From contig JBIIAX010000005.1 in assembly GCA_044239675.1 (NCBI GenBank), forward strand, positions 125,024 to 189,023: a DNA stretch of 64,000 nucleotides, read 5' to 3'. Shown here one piece after another: positions 45,702 to 54,949 of the stretch. The notes under the pieces were generated by a model. It did no database searches. It was not told where the DNA came from and worked only from the letters and a program-made list of their open reading frames with translations. The first letter of the stretch is position 1. Each line of letters begins with the position of its first letter. The DNA is from Caulobacter sp. (GTDB taxonomy: Bacteria > Pseudomonadota > Alphaproteobacteria > Caulobacterales > Caulobacteraceae). The translations under genes and the position numbers were made by a program.

Positions 45702-47099
45702 TCAGGCCTGCCGCGCTTTTGGAGTCGGTGGCGGGATGAGCATGGCGCAGGCCAGGGCCACGACCATCGCCATGGCCGGCGTCCGCAGCGGATAGTCGAC
45801 CACCGAATGGGCGGCGACGGCGACCAGCACCAGGCAGGCCGCCCGCCCCTGACGGCTGATCGGATCGGGTGTCTTGTCGCGCCAGGCGCTCCAACCGCGC
45901 CAGCCGGCCCAGACCAGCAGGGCGAGGAAGATCAGGATCCCCGGCCAACCACCTTCGAGCCAGAGCTCCAGATAGTCGTTGTGGGCGTGATTCATGAAGC
46001 CGGACCGCATGGTGTCCAGCCGCTCCTGCGCCCGGTAGACGGTGTCGAAGCTCCCGAACCCGGCGCCGATCGGGGTCAGCTTCTGGGCCGCCTCGGCGAT
46101 ATTCGGCCAGACCGCGAACCGCTGGTCCTCCGCCACTCGGTTCTGGTCGAAGCGCTGGAGAATGGGACTGCTGGCGACCAGCACCACGGCGGCGAGGGCC
46201 GCGGCCGCGCCCCCCGCGATCAGACCAATGCTGCGCCGCCGCCCTGGACCGATCTCTCGAAGAAAGACCCCCAGGCTGAGCAGCAGGGTCAGGCCCATGA
46301 CGACCGTACCGGCCCGCGACCGGGTGGCGACCGCGACGACCACCATCAAGCCGACCAGCACCAGGCCAATGGCGATGCGGTGCGGTTGGGGCGGCCCCGG
46401 GACGCGAGAACCGCCGAACACATAGGCCATCACCAGGGGAACGGCGGCGCACATCAGGGTCGCTTGATGGTTGCGGTTGGCGAAAAACCCGATCGGCAAC
46501 CCTTCATGGATCCGGGCGTAGAGGCGCAGGCTGTCCGCATCCGGCAGGGCCACCTGAAGCGCGCCCAGCAGAGCGGAGGCCACGGCCAGGATGGCGACGA
46601 CCAGGGCCAGTCTCGCCCGGCTGCGCGGGTCGAGGAGCGTCACGGCCAGGAAGATGGCGACAGGGGGAATGAGGGCAAGGATGCACCTCAGGGTCTCGGC
46701 GGGCTTGATGCTGATCGGCGCCCAACCGGGCTGGAGACCGGCCACGGCCAGGGTCTGGGTCTGCAGCTCGCGACCGGGAAGTTGGGTCCAGACACTGGGC
46801 GGGAGCGGGATGATCTGGATCACCGGCAAGGCGATGATGGCGGCCAGCAGGATGAGGCTGAGGCGCTGTTCCCGCGCCAGCGACGCCTCGGACCAACGCC
46901 AGAGGGCCCAGGCCAGGACGGGCAGGCTGGCCAGCTCGACCAGCAGCAGGCGCAACGGCGCTTCCCGGCTCGCCCCGCCAAAGACCAGGCCGACCAGCAG
47001 CAGGGCCGCCACGGCGATAGCCAGCGCGGGGCCCAGTTCCAGACCCCGGACTCGGCCACGGACGGGTCGATGGCGAGATTTTCCGCGCCGCGCACTCAT
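45702..47099 (-). CDS. O-antigen ligase / O-oligosaccharyltransferase family protein
   Basis: GFFANRNHQA, TRSRAG, IGAGFGSF and HAHNDYLELWLEGG WaaL/PglL-type motifs. Confidence 0.85.
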   Translation of the reverse strand: MSARRGKSRHRPVRGRVRGLELGPALAIAVAALLLVGLVFGGASREAPLRLLLVELASLPVLAWALWRWSEASLAREQRLSLILLAAIIALPVIQIIPLPPSVWTQLPGRELQTQTLAVAGLQPGWAPISIKPAETLRCILALIPPVAIFLAVTLLDPRSRARLALVVAILAVASALLGALQVALPDADSLRLYARIHEGLPIGFFANRNHQATLMCAAVPLVMAYVFGGSRVPGPPQPHRIAIGLVLVGLMVVVAVATRSRAGTVVMGLTLLLSLGVFLREIGPGRRRSIGLIAGGAAAALAAVVLVASSPILQRFDQNRVAEDQRFAVWPNIAEAAQKLTPIGAGFGSFDTVYRAQERLDTMRSGFMNHAHNDYLELWLEGGWPGILIFLALLVWAGWRGWSAWRDKTPDPISRQGRAACLVLVAVAAHSVVDYPLRTPAMAMVVALACAMLIPPPTPKARQA

Positions 47100-48355
47100 G
47101 ACGGCCCCCCGACGCCGACCGGCGCCTGGCGAACCTCGATGTCGTCGAACGAGGTTTCCAGCGACAAGCGTCGGTCGCCGCCGCGGGCGTTCAGATACAG
47201 GCTCTGCGCCGCGCAGGCTTCGTCCACATCAAAGTCCACATGAAACCTGGCCCACTGGCCCTTCTCAGTATCGATCGGCTCACCCAACGCCAGGGGGCGG
47301 CCCTCGATGCAGCGGACCAACCACTGGTACAGGCCATCGGCGCCATCCTCGTTGACCCGGACTCTGCCGGTCAGTCGATAGCGGCCGGGAGGCAGGGCCA
47401 GGGTCTGGCGGACCATGCCGCTGTGGGGGTCAAAGCCGTCGTAGCGCAGGACCAGCTCTCCGCCCGTGGGCCCCGCCTCCAGGGTGGCGGTGACGCCGGG
47501 GTCCTGGAAAAGCTGCCAGTTGAATGGGGGCGGCCCGCGCAGCCCATCGAACCCGGGATCGTAGACCCACTGTCCCGTCGTCGGAGGTTTCGTCGAAACC
47601 AGGCTGAACCAGTCGGCCCGGGCCTGCGCGAACTCACCGATCTTCATCACACGATTGACGTAGTCGCCAACCTCGGGATCCGTCGGCGCAAGGCCGCGGG
47701 CCTTCATCTCGAACAAAAGCTGGCGAAAGCCGTCGACGGAAGCGTAGGCGCCCATCCGGGACATCAGCTTCGGGCGCCAGTCCGGTGCAAGCGCCATGCG
47801 GTCCACCAGCGCCTCTACGGCCCGAGGGTCTCCCATCAGTCCGGCGACCGCCGGACCGACGGCCTGCATGCCACTCTCCGTGCGGCGCATGATCGAGTCT
47901 GCCGACCGCATGGCCGCCTTGAAGTCCCCCTGACCGGCGGCATCAGCGAATAGCCAGTATTGAGTCGGCGTGTCGCGGCGGCTGAGGGCCGCCCCCCGGC
48001 GAAAATAGATCCGGGCCCGCGCCCGGTCGCCAGTAACGGCCTCGGCGTTGCCAAGCACCCGGAGTGCGCTGACGTCCGATGGATCGGCCTGAAGGGCCCG
48101 CCGCGCCGTGGCCGCCGCCCGCGAAAACTCTCCCCGTCCCGACAGCGTCTCGGCCTTGAGCGAAAGAGCCTGGCCATCGTTCGGCGCCCAGGACAGCGCC
48201 GGAGCAACCTCGCGCGTCGCCAGGAAATGGCCGGTCAGGCCCTGCGCCAGACAGAGCCACCCAAGGCCCAGCATGACCGCCAGAAGCACCGCGGCCCTGA
48301 CCAGGGCCCGTGGACCGAGGACAAGGCCGCGCGACTGGGATTGCGGCTCCGCCAT
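47096..48355 (-). CDS. Membrane-anchored TPR-like protein with a C-terminal beta-sandwich-like domain
   Basis: N-terminal TM helix; ARRALQADPSDVSALRVLG TPR-like repeat; PGFD...FNWQL tail. Coupled to wzc and the ligase gene. Confidence 0.65.
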   Translation of the reverse strand: MAEPQSQSRGLVLGPRALVRAAVLLAVMLGLGWLCLAQGLTGHFLATREVAPALSWAPNDGQALSLKAETLSGRGEFSRAAATARRALQADPSDVSALRVLGNAEAVTGDRARARIYFRRGAALSRRDTPTQYWLFADAAGQGDFKAAMRSADSIMRRTESGMQAVGPAVAGLMGDPRAVEALVDRMALAPDWRPKLMSRMGAYASVDGFRQLLFEMKARGLAPTDPEVGDYVNRVMKIGEFAQARADWFSLVSTKPPTTGQWVYDPGFDGLRGPPPFNWQLFQDPGVTATLEAGPTGGELVLRYDGFDPHSGMVRQTLALPPGRYRLTGRVRVNEDGADGLYQWLVRCIEGRPLALGEPIDTEKGQWARFHVDFDVDEACAAQSLYLNARGGDRRLSLETSFDDIEVRQAPVGVGGPS

Positions 48356-50628
48356 TACCCGCCGGTGGAGACAAGCTTGGGCTTGGTTCCGTAGCTGTAG
48401 TCATAGGCGTAGCCATAGCCGTAACCGTAGCCGTAGCCCGCCGCCTTGGCGTTGAACTTGGTCAGCACCGCGCCGAGCAGGCGGAACCGGCCTGGCGCCA
48501 GCCGCTCGAGAGCGGCGCGGGCGGTGCCGCGCCGGGTCACACCGGCCTCGACCACCAGCACCGTGCCGCCGACCACCGAAGCCAGAATTGGCGCGTCGGC
48601 GAGCCCCAGGACTGGCGGACCGTCGATGACCAGCAGGTCGAACACTTCCGCCGCCTCGGCCAGCAGGCTGCGCAGCCGTGGCCCGCCAAGCAGCTCGGCC
48701 GGGTTCGGAGGCAGGGGTCCACAGGCCATGATCGACAGGTTGGGCTGATCACTGACCTGGACCAGTTCCTCCAGCGGCATTCCGGTCAGGTAGTTGCTGA
48801 GGCCAAAACTGTTGTCGGCGCCGAGGGTGCGGTGCAGCGACGGGTTCCGCAGGTCGCCATCGACCAGCAGGACCCGCTTGCCGAGACCCGCGAAACTCCG
48901 GGCAATGGCCAGGGCCGAGGTCGACTTGCCTTCCGAAGGCCGGCTGCTGGTCAGCAGGACACTGGCCGGCACACCCTCCATGGTCGAGAACTGCAGGGCT
49001 GTTCGGATCGAGTAGTAGGCCTCGGAGAAGTTCGATCTGGGATCGGCCAGGGCCGCGAGGACGCCAACACCCTTGCTGAGCACCGGCACCGAGCCCAGCA
49101 GGGATACACCCAGCTTGCTCTCGATATCCTCCGGCCGGTCGATGGATTCATCGAAGTATTCGAGGGCCAGGGCGGCAAGCACGGCCAGGGCCAGGCCCGC
49201 CAGGGCGGCGATCGCCAGGTTGAGGAAGGGTTTGGGCCGCGAAGGCACGCCCGGCGGCTTGGCCCGGTCGACGATGGAGATGTTGTTGCTGCCCAGGCCG
49301 CCGGCGACGCCGACTTCCTTGTAGCGTTGCAGCAGGCCGTCATAGAGGACCCGATTGGTGTCCACTTCCCGCTGCAGGATATTGTACTTGATGCTCCGCT
49401 CACGGAGATCGAGGTAGGACCCCTTCAGCTGGGTGACCCGACCGCCGAACGACTGTTCCTGTTTCAGGGCGGTTTCATACTGGGCGCGCAGGGCGCCGCG
49501 AATGCCCGATACGGTGGTCCTGATCTGGCGATCGGTCTCATCGATCTGCGACTGCAGCGCCGTCATCTCGGGGAAGTTCGGCTTATAGAGCTTCAGGTTC
49601 TCCTGATAGGTGGCTTTCAGCTTGGCCTGCTGCTGCTGCAGCTGCTGGACGGTCGGGTTGGTCAGGGCCTCCGGAAGGGCGCTGTCCGGGGTCGACTGAG
49701 CCTGGCGCCAGCGCTGCTCGGCGCGGATCCGCTCCCCCTGAGCCTCGGAAAAGGCGCTGTTCAGGGCCGAAAGGTTGGACGATGTCAGAGATTTTCCGCC
49801 GCCGCTCGGAGCGCCCGGCGCGGAGCTGGCTTCCTCCTCGACGTTGATGATCTCCTGCTGGCCGGCGTAGGCGACCAGTTGCCGTTCGGAGTCCTCAAGC
49901 CGTTGCTTCACCTGCTTGAGCCGACCTTCGAGGAAGGTGCGAGCATAGGAGGAGGAATCGTAGCGACGATCGAGATTGGAGGTGATGAAGCTGTCCGCGA
50001 AGGCATTGGCGATCCTGGCCGAAATGTTCGGCTTGGGGCTGTCGAAGGTCACCTTCACCAGGCGGGACCCGCGGGTCGGGGCCACGCCGAGGTTCTTTTT
50101 CAACTGGCCGATCGCCGCCTTGCGCCTCGCGGCCGGGGTCAGTTTCTTCTTGTCCAGGGGAACGCCCATGGTCCGGAGGAAGTTGTCATCCAGATCCAGC
50201 CGCAGGCTGTCGACCACCCGTTCGGCGAGGGATTCGCTCTTCAGCAGCCCATACTGCGTCTGGAAGAACTCGTCGCCGGTCGAAGCCTCGGTCGGCGTCA
50301 TGTCGCCGACATCGAGAATCTTGGTCTCCTGGCGCTCGATCTGCAGGGTCGTGCTGGCCGTGTAGATCGGCGTCATCAGCAGGGTTGCGATAATGCCGAC
50401 GACCAGGGTGGCGACGAAGATCGACAGGGCGATCCAGCGATATTTGATCAGCGCGTGCCAGTATTTGAGGAAGGACGCAGAGGACCCGCCCTTGTCGGGA
50501 GCGGCCCAATCCCAACCGGAGTAGGCCTCGGGAAGCTGGGCGTCACGAATGACAATGGGGCCGGCGGAACGGGCCGTCGGAACCGGCCTGCCGGCGGCAT
50601 CACCCTGACCGCGATCGAGACTATGCAT
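48355..50628 (-). CDS. wzc: Wzc/GumC polysaccharide co-polymerase BY-kinase
   Basis: Wzz-type N-terminus TPIYTASTTLQI, coiled coil, Walker A SRPSEGKST, LVDGDLRNP, VIDGPP and C-terminal YGYGYGYAYDY cluster. Confidence 0.93.
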   Translation of the reverse strand: MHSLDRGQGDAAGRPVPTARSAGPIVIRDAQLPEAYSGWDWAAPDKGGSSASFLKYWHALIKYRWIALSIFVATLVVGIIATLLMTPIYTASTTLQIERQETKILDVGDMTPTEASTGDEFFQTQYGLLKSESLAERVVDSLRLDLDDNFLRTMGVPLDKKKLTPAARRKAAIGQLKKNLGVAPTRGSRLVKVTFDSPKPNISARIANAFADSFITSNLDRRYDSSSYARTFLEGRLKQVKQRLEDSERQLVAYAGQQEIINVEEEASSAPGAPSGGGKSLTSSNLSALNSAFSEAQGERIRAEQRWRQAQSTPDSALPEALTNPTVQQLQQQQAKLKATYQENLKLYKPNFPEMTALQSQIDETDRQIRTTVSGIRGALRAQYETALKQEQSFGGRVTQLKGSYLDLRERSIKYNILQREVDTNRVLYDGLLQRYKEVGVAGGLGSNNISIVDRAKPPGVPSRPKPFLNLAIAALAGLALAVLAALALEYFDESIDRPEDIESKLGVSLLGSVPVLSKGVGVLAALADPRSNFSEAYYSIRTALQFSTMEGVPASVLLTSSRPSEGKSTSALAIARSFAGLGKRVLLVDGDLRNPSLHRTLGADNSFGLSNYLTGMPLEELVQVSDQPNLSIMACGPLPPNPAELLGGPRLRSLLAEAAEVFDLLVIDGPPVLGLADAPILASVVGGTVLVVEAGVTRRGTARAALERLAPGRFRLLGAVLTKFNAKAAGYGYGYGYGYAYDYSYGTKPKLVSTGG

Positions 50629-50692
50629 TCTGTTGGACCTGACTGCAGATGGAAACGCGGCCTGCGCCGGACGTGATCGAAAACGCCATAGA

Positions 50693-51403
50693 TCAGAATG
50701 GCCTGAAGATGGCCAGAATCGGCACCGCCCCGATGACTTCGCGCCAGGCCGCCTTGACCTGGGAGCCATCGACGACGACCACGTCACCGCCGACGACCGG
50801 CGGATCGATGGTCTTGCCCTCGCGGATGGCCTTCAGGTCGAACACCGCCACGGTGCGCTGGCCCTGAACGGTGCGGAACACCGCCACCCGGCGCAGATTG
50901 GCCATTCGGGAATCCGGTCCCCGGGCCAGCGCCACGGCCTGAAGCAACGAGGTGTCGCCGGTGAGGACATAGACGCCGGGCTGAATGACCGCGCCATCAA
51001 CGGTGATCTTCTGGCTGACGGCCTCCTCAAGCCAGACCGTCACCTGCGGCGACTCCAGATACTCCTTGCCCAGGCGGGCGGCGATGTCGGCCGCCAGTTC
51101 GTTGGTCGTGCGGCCCGAGGCCCTGACCTGACCGATCAGCGGCAGCGTCACATAGCCGCCCGCATCGACCTGAACGCCTTCCATGCTCAGGGTCTGAACC
51201 CGGAAGACGTTGATATTGATCTTGTCGAGCGGCCCGATGCGGTAGTCCGCGGGCGGGGCCATCGGCTCGGCCACCCCGATGTTGGTGGCCACGCCGAGCT
51301 GAGCGTCCCTTGGTCCAGCGCCGTCGCTGGCGCAGGCGACGGCCAGCATGGCCATCCCCGCCAGGACCAGGGATCGACAGACGGCGGCTGCAGTTTGGAA
51401 CAC
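50693..51403 (-). CDS. wza: Wza-type polysaccharide export lipoprotein
   Basis: Lipobox LAVAC; YRIGPLDKI, LPLIGQV and DGAVIQPG motifs; GTG start with GGAG upstream. Confidence 0.88.
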   Translation of the reverse strand: MFQTAAAVCRSLVLAGMAMLAVACASDGAGPRDAQLGVATNIGVAEPMAPPADYRIGPLDKININVFRVQTLSMEGVQVDAGGYVTLPLIGQVRASGRTTNELAADIAARLGKEYLESPQVTVWLEEAVSQKITVDGAVIQPGVYVLTGDTSLLQAVALARGPDSRMANLRRVAVFRTVQGQRTVAVFDLKAIREGKTIDPPVVGGDVVVVDGSQVKAAWREVIGAVPILAIFRPF

Positions 51404-51726
51404 ATTCAACTCCTGGATCGCGTCCTGTCCGTCCGACAGCCTGCCCTCGGATTGGTTCCGAATTTCGGCGCCGACACAGATGGACACAGCTTCTCTTCGC
51501 ATGCTTTGCGACGGCTCCCCCATGAAGCGAGCCGCTTTGGCGGTTCTTAGCACCGATACCGTCCCTTGCCTATTTACGGGGCGCCGTAATGGCGACAAAC
51601 CGACGCACGGTCCGGAGACGGTCAAGCGGAACGAACAGACTCAACCGCGTCACGAAAACTTCACCCTATTGAAGGACTTAGGCTCATCCTGGGGTCTCGG
51701 CCCCCGAACATCTCCAATGGCCGGCT

Positions 51727-52710
51727 CTAGAACTTCGGCTCCGCCAGCCACCGGCTGGCGCTGCTGACCATGGCCTCCAGGTCCCGGGTTGGCCGCCATC
51801 CCAGATCGGCGTCAGCGGCCTGCGCGTCGGCGATCAGAATAGGCGGATCGCCGGGTCTCCGGTCGCCGATCACATGCGGAACGGGCCGCCCCAGGGCTCT
51901 TCCCGCCGCCTCGATCACCTCGCGAACCGAGATCCCCCGGCCCGCGCCCAGATTCCAGATCCTGCTTTCTCCGCCGTCCAACAACCATTCAAGCGCGCGG
52001 ATGTGGGCGTCGGCCAGATCGGTTACATGCACATAGTCCCGCAGAGCCGTGCCGTCCGGCGTCGGATAGTCCTGCCCGAAAACCGTGACCGGCGAATTGT
52101 GGGAGATCGCCGCCCGGCAGATCAGCGGAATCAGATGGGTCTCAGGGTCATGACTTTCACCGATCGAACCGCCGGCGTCCGCGCCGGCGGCGTTGAAATA
52201 GCGAAGGATGGCTGATCGGAACTGCCCGGCCTGACCGAGCCAGCCCAGCAGCGATTCGAACGCCAGCTTTGAGGCGCCATAGGGATTGATCGGAACGAGC
52301 GGTGAGGCTTCCGGGGCCGGAACGACTTGCGGCAGGCCGTACACGGCGGCCGTCGAGGAGAAGACCATGGTCTCAACGCCATTGGCGATCAGCGTCCGGA
52401 CGAAGCGGATCGGCGCGGCGGTGTTATTCTCGAAATAGCGGAGAGGGTCGCGCATGCTCTCGCCGACCTGGCTGTAGGCGGCGAAGTGCATGGCCGACCT
52501 TATGTCGTAGGTCGCGACGACCGCCGCGACCGTCGCGTCGTCGCCGATGTCGCCCAGTTCAAGTGGTCCGAACTGCACGGCCTCGGCGTGACCGGTGCTG
52601 AGGTTATCGAGGGTCACCGGCAGATAGCCGGATTCCGCCAGCGCCTTGCAGACATGCGAGCCGATGTAGCCCGCGCCACCGGCGACAAGGATCGCGCCCT
52701 TGGAACTCAT
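51727..52710 (-). CDS. galE: UDP-glucose 4-epimerase
   Basis: GGAGYIGSH, FSSTAAVYG, YGASK, LRYFNAAGA and RDYVHVTDLADAH motifs. Confidence 0.95.
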   Translation of the reverse strand: MSSKGAILVAGGAGYIGSHVCKALAESGYLPVTLDNLSTGHAEAVQFGPLELGDIGDDATVAAVVATYDIRSAMHFAAYSQVGESMRDPLRYFENNTAAPIRFVRTLIANGVETMVFSSTAAVYGLPQVVPAPEASPLVPINPYGASKLAFESLLGWLGQAGQFRSAILRYFNAAGADAGGSIGESHDPETHLIPLICRAAISHNSPVTVFGQDYPTPDGTALRDYVHVTDLADAHIRALEWLLDGGESRIWNLGAGRGISVREVIEAAGRALGRPVPHVIGDRRPGDPPILIADAQAADADLGWRPTRDLEAMVSSASRWLAEPKF

Positions 52711-52722
52711 GTCTGGTGAGGC

Positions 52723-53490
52723 TTAGTAGGAGCCGCGGCGGAAGATGACCACCGGGACGGTGGCCACGAGTATCCAGGCGTCGAGGCCGAGACTCTTCGA
52801 CCGGACGTAGGCGGTGTCGATGGCGACGCGGCGGCGGTAGGACAGATCATTGCGACCGCTCACCTGCCACAGACCGGTGATGCCCGGACGGACGGACTGG
52901 TAATGGATGAAGTAGCGGCCGTAGCGAGCGCCTTCTTCGGCCACGATCGGGCGCGGGCCCACAAGGCTCATCTCGCCGCGCAGGACGTTGAACAGCTGGG
53001 GAAGCTCATCGAGGCTGGTCTTGCGCAGAAAGGCGCCGATCCGGGTGATGCGGGGATCGTTCCGCAGCTTGTGATCCAGGGCCCATTCCGCGCGTGCTTC
53101 AGGCGATTCAGCCAGCAGCCGCTCCAACCGCTCCTTGGCGTCGACCGCCATGGACCGGAACTTCATGCAGGGGAAACTGCGGCCGTCGCGGCCGACCCGG
53201 CGGTGGGCGAAGAAGATCGGACCGCCGTCGTCAAGCCGAACCAGAAGGGCCGTTAGAAGCATCAGCGGGGCCAGGGCGACGAGCAGCAGGCTGGCCAGGA
53301 TCACGTTGATAATGCGTTCGCCGTCCCAAGACCGGCGCCGCGTATCAGGCCGAACCAAGGGGCTCGGAGACATTGACGCGGCGTGGGCAAAAATCTGCCG
53401 CTGCGGTGACGGAACGCTGTGAACGTCCGCTTCGCGGTGGCGTGCATCGATGCGGGATGTGAATTCCGCGCTGGGCTGCATTAGGGACAT
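52723..53490 (-). CDS. Priming undecaprenyl-phosphate glycosyl-1-phosphate transferase (ExoY/WbaP-like, small PGT)
   Basis: [34 protein letters not shown] and [14 protein letters not shown] motifs. Confidence 0.93.
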   Translation of the reverse strand: MSLMQPSAEFTSRIDARHREADVHSVPSPQRQIFAHAASMSPSPLVRPDTRRRSWDGERIINVILASLLLVALAPLMLLTALLVRLDDGGPIFFAHRRVGRDGRSFPCMKFRSMAVDAKERLERLLAESPEARAEWALDHKLRNDPRITRIGAFLRKTSLDELPQLFNVLRGEMSLVGPRPIVAEEGARYGRYFIHYQSVRPGITGLWQVSGRNDLSYRRRVAIDTAYVRSKSLGLDAWILVATVPVVIFRRGSY

Positions 53491-53645
53491 GCCTCACGTT
53501 CGCCTTCGCACTGCAGCAAGAGCAACCACGGCGGCCAAAATTCTCGCTGGCCGTCGCCGCTACATCAATTGTTGCGGCTTTTATCAGCAGGTTATGCCGA
53601 AAAACAACCCAACCAGGGTAAGAACCCGCGAATTATTTCAGACAC

Positions 53646-53674
53646 GAAAAAGCCGGCAACCTGGGTTGCCGGCT
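53646..53674 (-). terminator. Intrinsic terminator downstream of small protein 1
   Basis: AGCCGGCAAC/GTTGCCGGCT stem followed by a U-tract on the minus strand. Confidence 0.75.
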
Positions 53675-53726
53675 CTCAAGACGCATCCTGACGCGAAAAA
53701 CACCCGCGCCACGCGATGGGGGAACC

Positions 53727-54005
53727 CTACGGGGATTCGTCCTCGTCCAGTTCGCTGATCGCGAGGGCGCCGGCGGCGGCGACGCCGCCGACGATCAGGA
53801 GACCGGTGGTGGTCTCGCTCAGCTCGCTGGTCCGGCCCTTCTCAGCGCCGACGCGCTTCAGGGTGGCGGCCTTGGCCTTGGCCTTGGCGGGCTTGGCCGC
53901 GACAGCGGCGGAAGCCGTTGACGGGACAAGGTTTTCTGCCATCGCCGGGCCGGCGAGGGCAGCCAATGCCAGCAGCCCGACGGCCGCTGCTTTTAGTGTC
54001 TTCAT
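53727..54005 (-). CDS. Small secreted protein, paralogue 1 (LKRxGAxKGR / SP-terminal family)
   Basis: 92 aa; GGAGG RBS; signal peptide ending AMA; LKRVGAEKGR; hydrophobic helix; ELDEDESP end; homologous to the two upstream ORFs. Confidence 0.85.
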   Translation of the reverse strand: MKTLKAAAVGLLALAALAGPAMAENLVPSTASAAVAAKPAKAKAKAATLKRVGAEKGRTSELSETTTGLLIVGGVAAAGALAISELDEDESP

Positions 54006-54025
54006 CAGAAACCTCCTTCAAGGAC

Positions 54026-54060
54026 AGCGCCAATACGGACGGGCCAAATGGCCAGACGCC
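54026..54060 (-). promoter_or_regulatory. Conserved structured 5' leader, copy 1
   Basis: mRNA GGCGUC-U-GGCC-AUUU-GGCC-N10-GGCGCU; same geometry as copies 2 and 3. Confidence 0.65.
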
Positions 54061-54271
54061 ACAATCTCATCTTTAACCGGAGCAGAGGCCCCGGGCGCAA
54101 GCGCGGAACTGTGACATTATGAAACGGCATACCGCACTGCCGCATTTTTGGCGTCTCGGCCCTGCCCCCGTCCATCCCCTGATCGGATTTCGGGCGCCGG
54201 AGATCCAGGTTCAGTGGCGGGAGCCCACGCCCGAGGCCGCACCTTCCGCAGACTATCGGACATCAACGCCG

Positions 54272-54302
54272 AAAAGGGTCGGCAGCAAAAGCCACCGACC
54301 CT
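54272..54302 (-). terminator. Probable intrinsic terminator downstream of small protein 2
   Basis: AGGGTCGG/CCGACCCT stem with a short U run on the minus strand. Confidence 0.55.
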
Positions 54303-54351
54303 CGTCAAAATTCGTTCGGACTGGCGCTAGTCGAGACCAGCGCCGGCGCAA

Positions 54352-54639
54352 CTACGGGGAAGAGGGCGCGCTGTCGTCGCCCTCAAGCGCGACCGCGCCG
54401 GCGACGACAGCGACCACCCCGGTGACAACCATCAAGGATTCCCACCTGAATTCGCCGACTTGAGCATTGACCCGGCCCTTTTCAGCGCCAGCGCGCTTCA
54501 GAGCGGCCTTGGCCTTGGAGGCTTTCGCGGCCTTCGCCGTCGCGGCGGCGGGCACCTTGGCGGCGGTTTGGGCGAGCGCCGGGCCGGCGACAAACGCCAG
54601 GGCGGTGAGACCCAGAACTGCGGCTTTGAAACTCTTCAT
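54352..54639 (-). CDS. Small secreted protein, paralogue 2
   Basis: 95 aa; signal ending ALA|Q; LKRAGAEKGR; hydrophobic helix; EGDDSAPSSP end. Confidence 0.85.
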   Translation of the reverse strand: MKSFKAAVLGLTALAFVAGPALAQTAAKVPAAATAKAAKASKAKAALKRAGAEKGRVNAQVGEFRWESLMVVTGVVAVVAGAVALEGDDSAPSSP

Positions 54640-54655
54640 CGGAAATCCCCGTCAC

Positions 54656-54690
54656 AGCGCGCAGGATTTTTGACCGTCTGGTCAGGCGCT
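54656..54690 (-). promoter_or_regulatory. Conserved structured 5' leader, copy 2
   Basis: mRNA AGCGCC-U-GACC-AGAC-GGUC-N10-CGCGCU; compensatory changes relative to copies 1 and 3. Confidence 0.6.
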
Positions 54691-54874
54691 GATCAAGGCG
54701 ATTAAAGCCCAAAGCGCCAGTTGGTTGCAATACCGCAGTTGTAGAGGCCGCGGATTTGTCGGGGGATGGCGCTTTTTTACCGCACCATTTCGCCCTGCCT
54801 AGCCGGAGGCGCCTCGGCTCGCCCCCTTACCCCGCCTAGCCGTCGCCGGCCGCAAAACAGGTTCTAACGACGCA

Positions 54875-54905
54875 AATAGGCCGGTGGCGACGCCACCGGC
54901 CTATT
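54875..54905. terminator. Long perfect hairpin downstream of small protein 3
   Basis: AATAGGCCGGTGGCG-A-CGCCACCGGCCTATT read directly. Confidence 0.7.
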
Positions 54906-54949
54906 GATCTTCCAGCCGCCCGGAGTTGGGCGACGAAATACTGCGCGTC

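Noticed and set aside
48385-48435. YGYGYGYAYDY repeat in Wzc
   Set aside because: This is the normal BY-kinase autophosphorylation cluster.
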